A stretch of 64,000 nt of DNA, taken from Prasinococcaceae sp. CCMP 1430 (taxonomy: Eukaryota; Plantae; Prasinodermophyta). Below, piece after piece: positions 21,994 to 32,997 of this stretch (within the stretch, counting starts at the first letter, position 1; each line of letters begins with the position of its first letter). The notes below the pieces were generated by a model. It did not search any database, had not been told where the DNA came from, and saw only the letters and a program-made list of their open reading frames with translations. Location: assembly GCA_013416795.1 (NCBI GenBank), contig RQSC01000029.1:450250-514249 (forward strand). Reading direction: 5' to 3'. Both the position numbers and the translations under genes were made by a program.

Positions 21994-24534
21994 ATGGCGA
22001 TGGCGCCGCCGACGCCTGCGGTGCCACAGTCAACCGTAGATAGGGCGGCCCGGCGCGCGGCGGAGGCTTTCGGCCTCGCCGGCGACGCCGGCGGGGGGCT
22101 GGTGGGTGCGCACACATGCAAGCTGCGCTCCGTTGATGACGCGGCGGCGGCGGTGGCAGCTGCGGCGGACGGCAGAGGCGCGCTCGCGAAGCAATCAATC
22201 TCCGGGGGACTGCTGAGCGCGGGCAAGCTGTATGTGTTCGCGGGGGGGCACCTCTGCTACAAGGGAGGGCTCGGAAGTTCCACGCGCACAGTGATCGCTG
22301 TCGCCGACCTGGAGGACGTGCTTCTGGACGACGAGTGCAACGACATGATGCTCGTCGCCGCGGGCGTGTGCTACGCGCTGCACTTCTCGCCGCCGGGTGG
22401 TAGGGCGCGCCGCGACTCCGCGCGCCGCAGCGTCATGGCAGTGTGGAGCGCGCAACTGGCGAGCGTGAGGAGCAGGAGGCAGAGCGACGCGGACCCAGAG
22501 GCCGCCGCGACTGCCGTCAGAAACGTGGCTGCCGAGCTCACTGAGGTCGCCAGCGCGCTCAGCGACGACAGCAGGGGTAACAGAGGGGCCGCGCAGCAGC
22601 CCAGCCCCGCTGAGGCCTGCGGCGGCACTGACGGTGGCGGCAGCGGAAGCAACGGCGTGAGCGAGACAGCCGCGAGGGGCGGCCATGTTGGCGACTCCCC
22701 AAACACCCCGCGCCGAGCCAACGGCGCGGGCGGCACAGCCAGGGAGAGTGGGCACGTGGGTGACCTCCCGAACAGCCCGCGCACCTCTCGCACGCCTGAG
22801 GCGGGGGGCACACCGCGCAAGGAGTTCCACCACGCCCGCGTGCCCTCGAATCTCAGCGCACTGACGCTGGAGTCGATGGATGACTTCCGCATGAGCGTCT
22901 CGTCGATGCCATTGGATCGCAAGAGCACCTGCGGGTCTGATGCCGGAGATGCTACGGGCGCAGGCGGTGGCGAGGACGCGACTAGGGAGGGCGAGGGTGC
23001 TGTCGCCAACGGCGAGGAACGAACGGGGCGGGGAGGGGAGGAGCGCGAGCTCCCGGTGCAGCGATCCGAAGAGGCTGAGCAGCCAAGCCTGTACGCCCAG
23101 AACGACGACATTGACGCGAGCGACGAGGAGGTGGATCCGCGCGTCGGCGAGGCGCTTGAAGCGCTTAATGAGGCCACCGACGAGGTGAATCGGCTCGAGA
23201 ATGATCTGAGCGGCGCGCGTCGCTCGTACGCGCGCGTCAAGCGCGCGGGCGCCTCGCGCGTCAACGACCTGGTCTCCAAGCTCGAGCCCCATATCCGAGC
23301 GGCGGCACCATACTACAACGCGCTTGAGCTGGTGCGTGAGCGGCGAGAGCGAGCTGCGAAGGCCGCCACACGGTTCACCGATGCCCTTGCTGCACATGAG
23401 GAGGCTCGTGCCGAGCTGCACAAGGTCGAGAGCGCGCTCGAATCGGGCGCGGCGTTCGACCCGTACATGCAAGACCGAATGGGCCGCTGCGGCGAGGCTG
23501 TCACACGTTCTGCAGCTGCTCGCGAAGTCGCGGACGTCGACCACGTGCGCGCCGCGGACGAATGCGAGGCCGCGCTCGCGCAATTGGACGCCTTCTCGAG
23601 ACGTGTCAAAAAGCATGCGCTGCTCGCGAAGCCCTACTTCGATGCCCGCGCTGCCGTCGAGGTCGAGTGCGCCAATGGGCTCAAGCATTGCGAAGGTCTC
23701 GCCGAGCAGGTTGAAGCAGCGAAGGCGCGCGTGGGCGACGCGCTGCAGATGCTCGACACCATCAGCCGGGATGTGCATGCAAAGCGCAGCGGAGAGATCT
23801 TGGAGGTGCCAGGCGGCGCACAGAACGGCGACGGCGATGGCAGCTCCAACGGCAAGGACGTGATGTGTGAGGCCGAGGCAGCGCTGGAGCGTTACAAGAT
23901 CCTCACGCTGCCGGTGATTGAGAGGCGCAAGAGTATCATTGCCGCAGCTAAAGAGGCGGTTGCGCTCGTGGCAGCAGCAGATGCAGAGGACGACGCCGAC
24001 CTGCCCCCAATCGTGAGCATCGAGCAAATGCTTGGAAAGAAGCTGAGCTTGGTCGTCGAGGAAACAGGCGACTTGGAAACGCCTGACACGCCCGCTAGCG
24101 CTGGTAGCGACCACATTGGGGCCGAGCGGACGCTGGCCACCGAGGATGGCGCGGGTGTGCCCTCGAAGACGAGCGAGGACCAAATAGCATCGAGTGCAGA
24201 CATGGCAGCCGAGGCAGACGAGGATGAAGCGGATGAAGGCGATTTACCGGAGCAAACGACGGGAGCAGACGCCAGCTCGGGGGTGTTGACGGAAAGAGAA
24301 GCCGCCGATACCGATGACGTCTCCAAGATTGACTTCGCGGAGCCGGCGACCTCGCCGGTGAGCGAAGAGCACGATGCTGCTGAGACTTGCGAAGGCACCG
24401 ATACGGGGGGCGCGATGGAGCCCGTGGCCAACAGTACCAACGACAGCGCAGATGCCACAGAGGCGATGGAGGAGACCGAGGACACGGCAGAGACTGCTGC
24501 CAACGCTGTTGAAGGGACCCCGCAAGCGCCCTGA
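21994..24534 (+). CDS. GRAM/PH-like domain plus SH3BP5 (Rab11-GEF-type) coiled-coil domain protein
   Basis: N-terminal GKLYVFAGGHLCYKG...TRTVIAVADLEDV (GRAM-like). Region 23125-23787 reads EEVDPRVGEALEALNEATDEVNRLE...APYY...KPYFD...LDTISRDVHAKR, paralleling SH3BP5. Confidence 0.75.
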   Translation: MAMAPPTPAVPQSTVDRAARRAAEAFGLAGDAGGGLVGAHTCKLRSVDDAAAAVAAAADGRGALAKQSISGGLLSAGKLYVFAGGHLCYKGGLGSSTRTVIAVADLEDVLLDDECNDMMLVAAGVCYALHFSPPGGRARRDSARRSVMAVWSAQLASVRSRRQSDADPEAAATAVRNVAAELTEVASALSDDSRGNRGAAQQPSPAEACGGTDGGGSGSNGVSETAARGGHVGDSPNTPRRANGAGGTARESGHVGDLPNSPRTSRTPEAGGTPRKEFHHARVPSNLSALTLESMDDFRMSVSSMPLDRKSTCGSDAGDATGAGGGEDATREGEGAVANGEERTGRGGEERELPVQRSEEAEQPSLYAQNDDIDASDEEVDPRVGEALEALNEATDEVNRLENDLSGARRSYARVKRAGASRVNDLVSKLEPHIRAAAPYYNALELVRERRERAAKAATRFTDALAAHEEARAELHKVESALESGAAFDPYMQDRMGRCGEAVTRSAAAREVADVDHVRAADECEAALAQLDAFSRRVKKHALLAKPYFDARAAVEVECANGLKHCEGLAEQVEAAKARVGDALQMLDTISRDVHAKRSGEILEVPGGAQNGDGDGSSNGKDVMCEAEAALERYKILTLPVIERRKSIIAAAKEAVALVAAADAEDDADLPPIVSIEQMLGKKLSLVVEETGDLETPDTPASAGSDHIGAERTLATEDGAGVPSKTSEDQIASSADMAAEADEDEADEGDLPEQTTGADASSGVLTEREAADTDDVSKIDFAEPATSPVSEEHDAAETCEGTDTGGAMEPVANSTNDSADATEAMEETEDTAETAANAVEGTPQAP

Positions 24535-24781
24535 GCAAGCTTCAGCTCCGGTGGGGAATGAATTGAGCCGGGGCAGCACGGGCACCGCCGCGTGCCTACT
24601 GCTGTGCGGGGTGGACGCGAGGCGGGCACGGCATCTGGCGAAGGCGTGGATTGCAGCGAGTGGTGAGGGGGATAATAGATAATAGTCGGCGCGCGCCCCA
24701 CCACCCGAGCATGCACTTGCCCTGCGCTGGGGCCGCTCGCAGCGCTCTTGAGACCAGTGTGCACAGAACCTCATTAATAGC

Positions 24782-26117
24782 CTACAGTTCGTACGCGTCG
24801 GATTTCACCGCCAGCCGCTGCATGGCGAGCTCCGCCTTGACGCGCCGAGCGGTGTCGGTGGCGACGCCGACCAAAATGAGCACGGACGTACCCGCGAATC
24901 CGCGGAAGGCGGTGAGATTGGTCGCCTGCTCCACTGCCGAGGGCGCCACGGCGAGCGCACCGAGGAAGATGCTCCCCAGCACCGACAGGTTGCCGAGCAT
25001 ATCCGAGAGGTAGTTGGCAGTCTGCTTGCCCGGGCGCACTCCTGCGATGGACGCGCCACCGCGCTTGAGCTGCTCGGACACGTCCTTGGGGTCGAGCTGC
25101 AGGAAAGTGTAGAAGTAGTTGAAGAAGACGATGAGGCCCACGTTGATAGGCACGTAATACGCGCCGCCTGGAAAGAGGCTCTGACCGAGCGCGGCGAGCG
25201 CCTCCGAGCCCGTAAAGCGTGCGAGCGTCGAGGGCAGCGCGAGCACGCTCGAGCTGAAGATGACGGGCATCACGCCAGTGGAGTTCACCTTGAAGGGGAG
25301 GTAAGAGGATGAGTCGAGCCCGCGCGCGCGCGCCTTGTAGCGCGAGGCGTAATTAATTGGGATCTTGCGCTCGGCCTCCTGCACGTAGATGATGCCGACC
25401 GTGGAGGCCAAGAACGCAGCGAAGAACAGCGAAAGCGCCTCAGGGGTCACGCCCTCGCCCCCCGACGCAATGGTCGCCCCGATGGACGCGGGCAGCGAGC
25501 TCAGGATGTTGGTAAAGATGAGCAGCGACGTGCCGTTGCCCAGCTTCAGCTCGGAGATCTTCTCGCCGATGTACATGAGCACCATCGCGCCCGCTACCAA
25601 CGTGAGGCTCGAGCCCGCGAGGTACGTGAGGTCGAAGTCGTACACGAATGGCCGCACATACAGCACCTGCCCCACCGCCTGCACGCTGGCGAACGCCAGC
25701 GCGCCGTAGCGCATGTACTGATTGAATTGGCGGCGGCCGGCCTCGCCCTCCTCGCGCTGCAGCTTCTTGAGCTCCGGGGAGAAGGAGGCGAGCAGCTGAA
25801 AGACAATTGAGCTGTTGATGTACGGGATGATGCCGAGCGAGAACACGCCGAGCTTAGAGATGCCGCCGCCCGCCAAGTTGTCCACGTACGCCAGCAGGCC
25901 GTTGTTGCCGATGGCCGCCTCGAACGCCGCGCGGTCGACGCCTGGCAGCGGGATGTACACACCCACGCGCGAAACGACGAGAAGGCCGAGCAGCGCGGCG
26001 AGCTTGCCCGGAAGATCCCCCTGCAGGAAGAGCTCCAGCTGCGACGCCTCGGGCGGCGGAGCGCCGCCGCCGCGCCCCGACTGGGCTGCCAGCGGCGTGC
26101 CGCGCGCAGTGCGTGCC
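24782..26117 (-). CDS. SCY1: Thylakoid SecY translocase subunit; 5' end in the gap
   Basis: Motifs SRVGVYIPLPG, FSLGIIPYINSSIVFQLL, GNGTSLLIF, KVNSTGVMPVIF and GTSVLILVGV. Confidence 0.95.
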
Positions 26118-26432
26118 NNNNNNNNNNNNNNNNNNNNNNNNNNNNNNNNNNNNNNNNNNNNNNNNNNNNNNNNNNNNNNNNNNNNNNNNNNNNNNNNNNN
26201 NNNNNNNNNNNNNNNNNNNNNNNNNNNNNNNNNNNNNNNNNNNNNNNNNNNNNNNNNNNNNCGCGGATGGGCGCGCGCCGCGCCCGCGCGCGGCCGCCGC
26301 GCGCGCGCCCGAAACCCTACCGGATCCCTACCGAATCGCGATCGCGATGGCAATCGGCCGGCCGGCCGGTGCTCTCGCACCCATCCATCGCATGCCGTCG
26401 ACGTGAAAGAAGGGAGCGGTCCTCCCACCCAC

Positions 26433-26528
26433 CCGACCGACCGAGCCCTGCCGGACACTCCACCCTGCCGGCACCCCGACTGACTGACGGTCGGTCGGAA
26501 GTTTGCTCCGCCCACCGCTTCAGTCAGT
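26433..26528. repeat. Two interleaved inverted repeats
   Basis: CCGACCGACCG (26433-43) pairs with CGGTCGGTCGG (26488-98); ACTGACTGA (26479-87) pairs with TCAGTCAGT (26520-28). Confidence 0.7.
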
Positions 26529-26612
26529 ACGACCGATTGCGGCACGCCAATTGGATGAGGGCGCGGCTGCGCATGGATGCTTCGAGAGTGGATCGAGGGC
26601 CGCATGCGACCG

Positions 26613-27846
26613 ATGGCTGCGGCTGCGTGCGCGTGCCGCTGCCGCTGCGCTGCTGCGAGCGGGCGCTGTGGCGCGCACAGGCGGCGGCGGCGGCGGCGGG
26701 AGGAGGTGGGCGCGCGCCGCGCGGCCGCGGCGCGCTACGCTGGCGACGCGCGCCGCCGGAGAGGGAAAGGCGGTGACGACCGCGGCGGCGGACGGCGACG
26801 AGGCTGGGGGCGAGGCCGTGGACGAGGGCAAGGCCGACGGTGGCCGCACGTGGGACGTCAACGAGGGCCCCGCACTGTACGCACCTGCCACATTCGAGGA
26901 GCTCATGGACGACGTGTGCGGTGCCGTGGATCGCTGCGTTGCCGCGGGCGAGAAGCGCATCGAGGTCGACTTCCCGCCGCTGCCATCCTCCATCAACTCG
27001 TACGCGGGTGCGAGCGACGACTTCATTGACGCCAACTTTCAGCTTGCGCTGCAGCTCGCGCGCAACCTGGTCGCCTCGGGCCGCCGCCCGCGCATTGTTG
27101 TGCCCGACAAGATCGAGCTCGCACGCGTGCTCCAGCGTTACGAGAAGAGCCTGGAGCTGTCCGAGGGCGTGAGCGTGGGTAGCCTGGAGGAAGGGTCCGA
27201 CGCGCGCGGCATTACCAACCTGTCGCCCGTGCAAATTGCACGGCGCGCGGCCGACGCCTGGCGCAACGTCGAGGTCGCGCTGCAGGACCTTCCCTCGAAC
27301 GCCGAGCTCGTCGCGCAGGCGCGCGCCGCCGACGTGCACCTGGTGCTCAACATCTCCACGGTGGACCTACCGGCTGTGCGCACGTATACGGAGACCTTCG
27401 AGCCGCAGAGTGAGAACTGCGCCACCGTACTGTTCAACACTGAGCTCGAGACGCTGCGCGGAGACCTGGGGCAGGTCACCTTCCCGCCCAAGGCCATGCA
27501 CTACGAATTCCTGAGCACTTTCCTCCCCGCGTACTTCCTGCGCCGCCGCGACTACTCCAAGACGGTGAGCGTGCAGCCCTTCATCATCAACTACTCGGGA
27601 GCGCTGCTGCGTATCTATCCTGCGCCGTGGCAGTGCATGCTGCAGCAGGACGACAAGTCGTACGCGTGCGTCGCCGAGGCGGAGGACCGCTACACTCTGC
27701 AGCAGTTCAAGGAGGAGCTGCTCATCGCGCTCGGGCTCGACGAGGAGGAGGGCTCCTTCCTGGAGGTCGCTCGCCGCGGCTTCTTCAAGGGCACGTGGTG
27801 GGAGGTCGACACCGAGGAGGAGGTGTCCTCCAAGTGGCGCCGGTAG
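26613..27846 (+). CDS. LPA3: LPA3 / DUF1995 chloroplast protein; the likely ATG is out of frame by one dinucleotide
   Basis: EVDFPPLP..SYAGASDDFIDANFQLAL, LFNTELETLRGDLG, NYSGALLRIYPAPWQ and C-terminal GTWWE...SKWR. Confidence 0.8.
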
Positions 27847-27864
27847 GGAGGATGCCCGCGTGCG

Positions 27865-27915
<51 letters not shown>

Positions 27916-27916
27916 T
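27865..27916. repeat. Poly-C homopolymer (52 nt)
   Basis: Uninterrupted C run 3' of LPA3. Confidence 0.9.
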
Positions 27917-28269
27917 TTGGCCATCACCCCGTCGCCCGGCTGCGGCAGCTGCTGCCCCGCGCCGATGATGTACTAGTAGCATAGCAGTGTGTCAAACCCT
28001 TGCCGCAAAAGAGCCATAATAGTGCGCGCGATGGCCATTTTCAAAATGCATCCCCAAAGAGCTACGACAGAAGCGCTGGGGCACGGCGCGCGCGTACTCG
28101 CGAGCACTGGAGAATGAATCCGCACAATCTTAATTCCGCCGAGTGTGTGCCGAAACGAACGCGGGCCGTGCCACCGCCCGCAGCCACCAGTCAGGCCGAA
28201 ACAGTCCTCCTCGGGCGCTGTGTGTTGGGTGTGTTTGTTGTCCTCCTCCCTAGCTCCCTAGCTAGCCGC

Positions 28270-30132
28270 CTAGTCATCGGCGTCCACGAAGTAGAATTCC
28301 CCCGCCTCCTTCTGTTCTCTGTCCTTGAGCGACTCGAGCTTGTTGATGCGGGGGCGATAATTTGTGGGATCCCGGCGGAAGGTGATGTCCAGGTTGCGCA
28401 GGAACTGGTTCATGCCCGAGATGAGGCCCTGCGGCTGCGTCGCGGTGGCCTTCACACTGGGCTCACCCTCATACACGATCACGCGGTCCGCCAGGTAGGT
28501 CGCCATGATGAAGTCGTGTTCCACAATGAAGGCCGTCTTCTTGGCGTGCATGATGTAGCGCTTGATCACCTTTGCGGCGTGGATGCGCTGCTCAGAGTCC
28601 AGGTACGCTGAAGGCTCGTCGATGAGGTAGATATCAGCGGGCGTGCCAAGCGCGAGCGTGATGGCCACGCGCTGCAGCTCGCCGCCACTCAGGTGCTTCA
28701 CCTCTTGGTCCATCAGCTCCTCCACGCGCATGGGCTTGAGCACATCAGTGTTGAATTGAGGGTGCACAACCATCTTGGGGATCTTCTTGTACAGCAGCTG
28801 CTGCACCGTGCCGGGGAACTTGGGCGAGATCTTCTGCGGCTTGTACGAGATGTTGTACTCGGGAAGCTCGACCGCGAGGCCGTCCTCGTCCGCATCTGGT
28901 GGGATCATTCCGGCGATCATGCGGATGAAGGTGGTCTTGCCCGTACCGTTCTCGCCAAGCATGACGATGATCTCCGAGTCGGTGAACGAGCCCGCCTCCA
29001 CGGTGAGCTGGAAGCTGCCCTGCGTGCGCTTCATCTCCGGGTAGGAGTACTTCATGCCCTTCACATCTGCACCCTGCTCGAGCGTGTCCTGGTCGGCGAC
29101 CTTGAAGGTGAGCGCCTCCTCGCGGAAGCGCAGGTTCTCCGTGGGCACGAAACCCGCGAGGAAGATGTTGATGCCCTCGCGCACGCTGAAGGGCAGCGTC
29201 ACCACGCCGTAGCCGCCTGGCTGGCCGTAGAGGCAGCACACGAAGTCCGAGAGGTAGTCGAGCACCGACAGGTCGTGCTCGACGACAATAATGTACGACT
29301 TGATGTCGAGAAGACCGCGGATGACGCGCGCGGCCTTGAGGCGCTGCTTGACGTCGAGGTACGACGAGGGCTCGTCGAACATCCAGCAGTCCGCCTGTTG
29401 TGCTGCGACGACGGCGATCGCGAAGCGCTGCAGCTCGCCGCCCGACAGGTCGCCCACCGAGCGGTCCATCACGGGCTCGAGGTCGAGCAAGTCGACGATG
29501 AGGTCCTTGTTGTCGCGCTCCATCTTCTGGTCGATCACCTCCTCGACGTTGCCGCGCACGGCCTTGGGGATGTGGTCGACGTACTGCGGCTTGATGACCG
29601 CCTTGAGGTCGTCCTCGAGGATGCGCGTGAAGTAATTCTGCAGCTCAGAGCCTCGGAAGTACGTCAGGATCTCCTGCCAGTCAGGGGGGTTCTCAAACTT
29701 GCCGAGGTTGGGCTTCATCTTGCCCGCCAGGATCTTGAGCGCGGTCGACTTGCCGATGCCGTTGGTGCCCACCAGCCCGAGCACCTGGCCCGGGCGCGGC
29801 ATGGGCAGCCTGTGCAGTTTGAACGAGTTTGCGCTGTAGCGGTGCGTGGTCTCCTTGCCGAGGTTCTTGGGGAGATTGATGATCTGGATGGCCTCGAAGG
29901 GGCACTTCTTCACGCAGATGCCGCAGCCGATGCACAGCTCCTCGGACAGCCACGCGATTTTGTCCTTGGGGCCCACCTCGATGCATAGCTTTCCCACCTT
30001 GACCACGGGGCACGAGCGCTTGCACTCCTGGCGGCACTTCTTCGGCTTGCACTTGTCGCTCGAGACGATGGCAATGCGCGTCAGGCGGTCCTCGGGGTTG
30101 TCCTCGTCCGCCTTCTTGCCCTTCTTGCCCAT
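28270..30132 (-). CDS. ABCE1: ABCE1/RLI ribosome recycling ATPase
   Basis: Fe-S motifs [15 protein letters not shown] and [13 protein letters not shown], plus two ABC domains (GTNGIGKST and GENGTGKTT; LSGGELQR twice). Confidence 0.97.
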   Translation of the reverse strand: MGKKGKKADEDNPEDRLTRIAIVSSDKCKPKKCRQECKRSCPVVKVGKLCIEVGPKDKIAWLSEELCIGCGICVKKCPFEAIQIINLPKNLGKETTHRYSANSFKLHRLPMPRPGQVLGLVGTNGIGKSTALKILAGKMKPNLGKFENPPDWQEILTYFRGSELQNYFTRILEDDLKAVIKPQYVDHIPKAVRGNVEEVIDQKMERDNKDLIVDLLDLEPVMDRSVGDLSGGELQRFAIAVVAAQQADCWMFDEPSSYLDVKQRLKAARVIRGLLDIKSYIIVVEHDLSVLDYLSDFVCCLYGQPGGYGVVTLPFSVREGINIFLAGFVPTENLRFREEALTFKVADQDTLEQGADVKGMKYSYPEMKRTQGSFQLTVEAGSFTDSEIIVMLGENGTGKTTFIRMIAGMIPPDADEDGLAVELPEYNISYKPQKISPKFPGTVQQLLYKKIPKMVVHPQFNTDVLKPMRVEELMDQEVKHLSGGELQRVAITLALGTPADIYLIDEPSAYLDSEQRIHAAKVIKRYIMHAKKTAFIVEHDFIMATYLADRVIVYEGEPSVKATATQPQGLISGMNQFLRNLDITFRRDPTNYRPRINKLESLKDREQKEAGEFYFVDADD

Positions 30133-30325
30133 GGCGGCCGGCGGGGGCTGGGGCGGAGGCGGGGGCTGGAAAGAGCGCGCGCACGCTCGTGTCGCGCCGC
30201 CGTCGTGCGCGGGGTCGTCCGCCGGCGGGGCGCGGTGCGCGTGCGCCACCGGCCGCCCCGCGCACGCCCCCATCCGCAACCCAGCCGCCGCCCCGCCGCG
30301 GCCCCGGCCCCAGCCATTCGTTCTG

Positions 30326-30334
30326 TTAGGGTTT
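30326..30334. promoter_or_regulatory. Telo-box upstream of ABCE1
   Basis: TTAGGGTTT lies about 195 bp upstream of the ABCE1 ATG. Confidence 0.45.
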
Positions 30335-30972
30335 ACACATCAGCTCAGCCTTAGGCCGCGCCGCGCGTCGCCGAGGAACACTTTTCAAATCTGCAATCCT
30401 CTGCGTGCCGTCGGCCCATCCAATTCCAACCAAGCCGGCCCGGCACCCACCCACCCAATCCAGAACACCCTGGCTGGCTGGTGGAAGACGCGACGCGACA
30501 AGATATGATCCTTCTCAGCAAGGCTGTGGCTGCGGCTGCGGCTTCGGCCTGACTGATGACTCTGATGGCACGCGTTCTCGCGCGGCGCCGCCCAGGCCGA
30601 ATTCGAAACGCGCACCCTCGCGCAGACCCGCCCTCGCGCGGGCGGGGCGGCCCCGCGGCGAAGCGCGTCACATTCGCATGCAGATGCATTGATTCTGGTG
30701 CAGATTGCTGGGGTCGGGCGCGGGCGCCACCACAGCGCGCGCTCGCGCGCACCTGGGGGGGCGCGGGGGGGTAGGTTGGGGAGAGAGGGGAAGGGGGGGC
30801 GCGGACAGGTGCAGGCTCGAAGGAGTTGAGCGCAGGTGGAAAGGAGCGACCTCAAGGGGCAAGGGGGGTGGGCGGCGGGCGCTGCTCCACGCGACGGCGG
30901 GTAGTTGCCGCGGCCTACCGCGGCAGCTGCGTGCAAGGGCGCGCCCCAGCGCCCATCCCGGGGGCCGTCGCC

Positions 30973-31389
30973 ATGTTGAGCGACCGGCAGAAGATCGGCG
31001 TGGGCCTAACAGCCTTCGGCACGCTCTTCTTCTTTCTGGGCGTGATGTTCTTCTTCGACAGCGGGCTGCTCGCCATGGGCAACGTGCTCTTCCTGTCAGG
31101 CGTGTCGCTGACCATCGGCCCGATGCGCGCGGGGCGCTTCTTCATCCGCCCGAAGAACGCCAAGGGCAGCGCGGCCTTCGTGGGCGGCTTGCTGCTGGTG
31201 ATCGTGCTGCGCTGGTGCATCGTGGGCATGCTCCTCGAGGCGTATGGCTTCGTCATGCTCTTCGCGGACTTCTTCCCGACCGTGCTCATGTTCCTCAAGA
31301 ACGTGCCCATCATCGGGCCCATGCTCAACTCGCCGCGCGTCAAGGCGGCGCTGAACAAGATAGCGCCTGTCCAGACGCTGCCCGTGTAG
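30973..31389 (+). CDS. GOT1: Got1/Sft2-family Golgi transport protein
   Basis: MLSDRQKIGVGLTAFG..FFD.GLLAMGNVLFLSG followed by four hydrophobic segments. Confidence 0.9.
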   Translation: MLSDRQKIGVGLTAFGTLFFFLGVMFFFDSGLLAMGNVLFLSGVSLTIGPMRAGRFFIRPKNAKGSAAFVGGLLLVIVLRWCIVGMLLEAYGFVMLFADFFPTVLMFLKNVPIIGPMLNSPRVKAALNKIAPVQTLPV

Positions 31390-31567
31390 CGACCGCTCCA
31401 ACCCACCCCGGAAAGTCCCCTGCGCCCTTCCGGCCATGGGCGGCGCGAAGCTCGAGCCTCGTCTCAAGCGCGGGGTGGCGCGCGGCTGTAGTATGGAATA
31501 GTAGTAGAGTAATCATTTCGGCGAGCAGCGCGGCGCGGCGCGGTCGCACGCGGCCGCGCGCGACGCC

Positions 31568-32770
31568 TCACAGCGCGTGTGTCGCCTTAGCCTTGGCGAT
31601 GGCGTCGGCGACGCGCTCGTCCGGCTCGTCATACAGATACATCTCCTGAGTGGCCCTGAAGGGATCCTCGGATGGCACGCCCAGCACGCCCCTCCATGTG
31701 TCGGCGACGCTCGCTCCGAGCGCGTCGAGGTCGTACCCACCCTCAAGGAAGAAAACAAGCCGCCCGCCGCACAGCTCGTCCGCGAGCTCCCTGATGCCCT
31801 CGCCCAGCGCGTGGTACGCGGACGTCGTGAACTGCAGGCCCGCGAGTTTGTCGCGCCAGTGCGCGTCGTAGCCGGCGCTCACGAGGATAATGTCGGGCTT
31901 GAAACGCTGCGCGGCAGGCGCCACTATGGCGTCGAACGCGAGGCGTGCTGCCATGGCACCTGCGCCACCGGGAAGCGGCAGATTGATGTTGGCGCCCTCG
32001 CCGGCGCCCTCGCCCACTTCATTGGCCGCCCCCGTGCCTGGGTATGAGCCGCGCTGGTGCGTTGACACGAAGAGCACGTCCGGGTCCGAGTAGAAGGCGT
32101 CCTGTGTGCCGTTGCCGTGATGCACATCGAAGTCGTACACGAGTACGCGTTTATACCCGCGCCGCTGCGCGTGACGCGCGGCAACGGCGATGTTGCTCAG
32201 CACGCAGAAGCCCATAGGCCCCTTCGGGACCGCATGGTGGCCGGGTGGGCGGCAGACGCTGAACCCGACGGGCGGCCGCTCTCCCAACGCGTGCGCGTCG
32301 GCGCACGCATCGACAAGCGCCACGCCGGCGCCAGCGGCACGCAGTGCGGCCGCATGCGTCGCCGCGGCGGCGTACGTGGGCCCACCGCCTTCAAGGTCCA
32401 CTGCGGCAGCGCCGCTCTCCATTGCGCCGCAGCGGCGCTCGAGCGCGGGAAGGTACTGACTGTCATGCACAAGCGCGATTTGCTCAGGTGTCGCATCAGC
32501 CCAATCAGCGAGGAGCGCAGCCGCGTCAGTGAGCCCAGCACGCGCGAGCGCGCCCTCGATGGCGGGCACGCGCGCGGCACACTCTGGGTGGCCCTCGCGG
32601 TCATGGCCAGGTGCGCCGCTAACCGTGTAAAGCAGCGGCCGCGTGCTGGTGCCGTCCTCTGCTGCTGCATGCGGCGCCGCCCGCCGCTGGCATCGAGCCA
32701 CGCAGCCGCGCGCCACCGTGCAAAGCGCCGCAGTGCGCCTTGCCGCACGGCTCGCCACAGGCGAGGCCAT
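31568..32770 (-). CDS. HDA14: Class II histone deacetylase family protein, HDA14-like (probably organellar)
   Basis: Motifs HPECAAR, RPPGHHA, GFC, DFDVHHGNGTQD, SAGYDAH and LEGGY; transit-like N-terminus. Confidence 0.88.
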   Translation of the reverse strand: MASPVASRAARRTAALCTVARGCVARCQRRAAPHAAAEDGTSTRPLLYTVSGAPGHDREGHPECAARVPAIEGALARAGLTDAAALLADWADATPEQIALVHDSQYLPALERRCGAMESGAAAVDLEGGGPTYAAAATHAAALRAAGAGVALVDACADAHALGERPPVGFSVCRPPGHHAVPKGPMGFCVLSNIAVAARHAQRRGYKRVLVYDFDVHHGNGTQDAFYSDPDVLFVSTHQRGSYPGTGAANEVGEGAGEGANINLPLPGGAGAMAARLAFDAIVAPAAQRFKPDIILVSAGYDAHWRDKLAGLQFTTSAYHALGEGIRELADELCGGRLVFFLEGGYDLDALGASVADTWRGVLGVPSEDPFRATQEMYLYDEPDERVADAIAKAKATHAL

Positions 32771-32997
32771 CGTGTACGCTGCTAGCCGCGCGCCGTGTGC
32801 CACCTCTGCTGCGCATACGGCGAGAAGTCGGTTCTGAGCGCGTGCAAACTCATGCGTGCACCAGCACGGCACCACAACGCGCGCAGAAGGCGCGCGGCCG
32901 CTCCTCTTTGGAGCCAGTGCGGGGTGAGGTGGGGTGGTGGCGGTGGCGTGTTGTGAGCTGCAGTTGAAGAGGCGGTGGCGTAGCTTCCGCCGTGAGG

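Noticed and set aside
26613-26640. LPA3 ATG out of frame with its ORF
   Set aside because: A dinucleotide slip in GC repeats near a gap fixes the frame; treated as an assembly error.
27865-27916. 52-nt poly-C as a functional G4 or i-motif
   Set aside because: Long homopolymers here (also at 38293-38350) border gaps and low-quality sequence; the length is unreliable.
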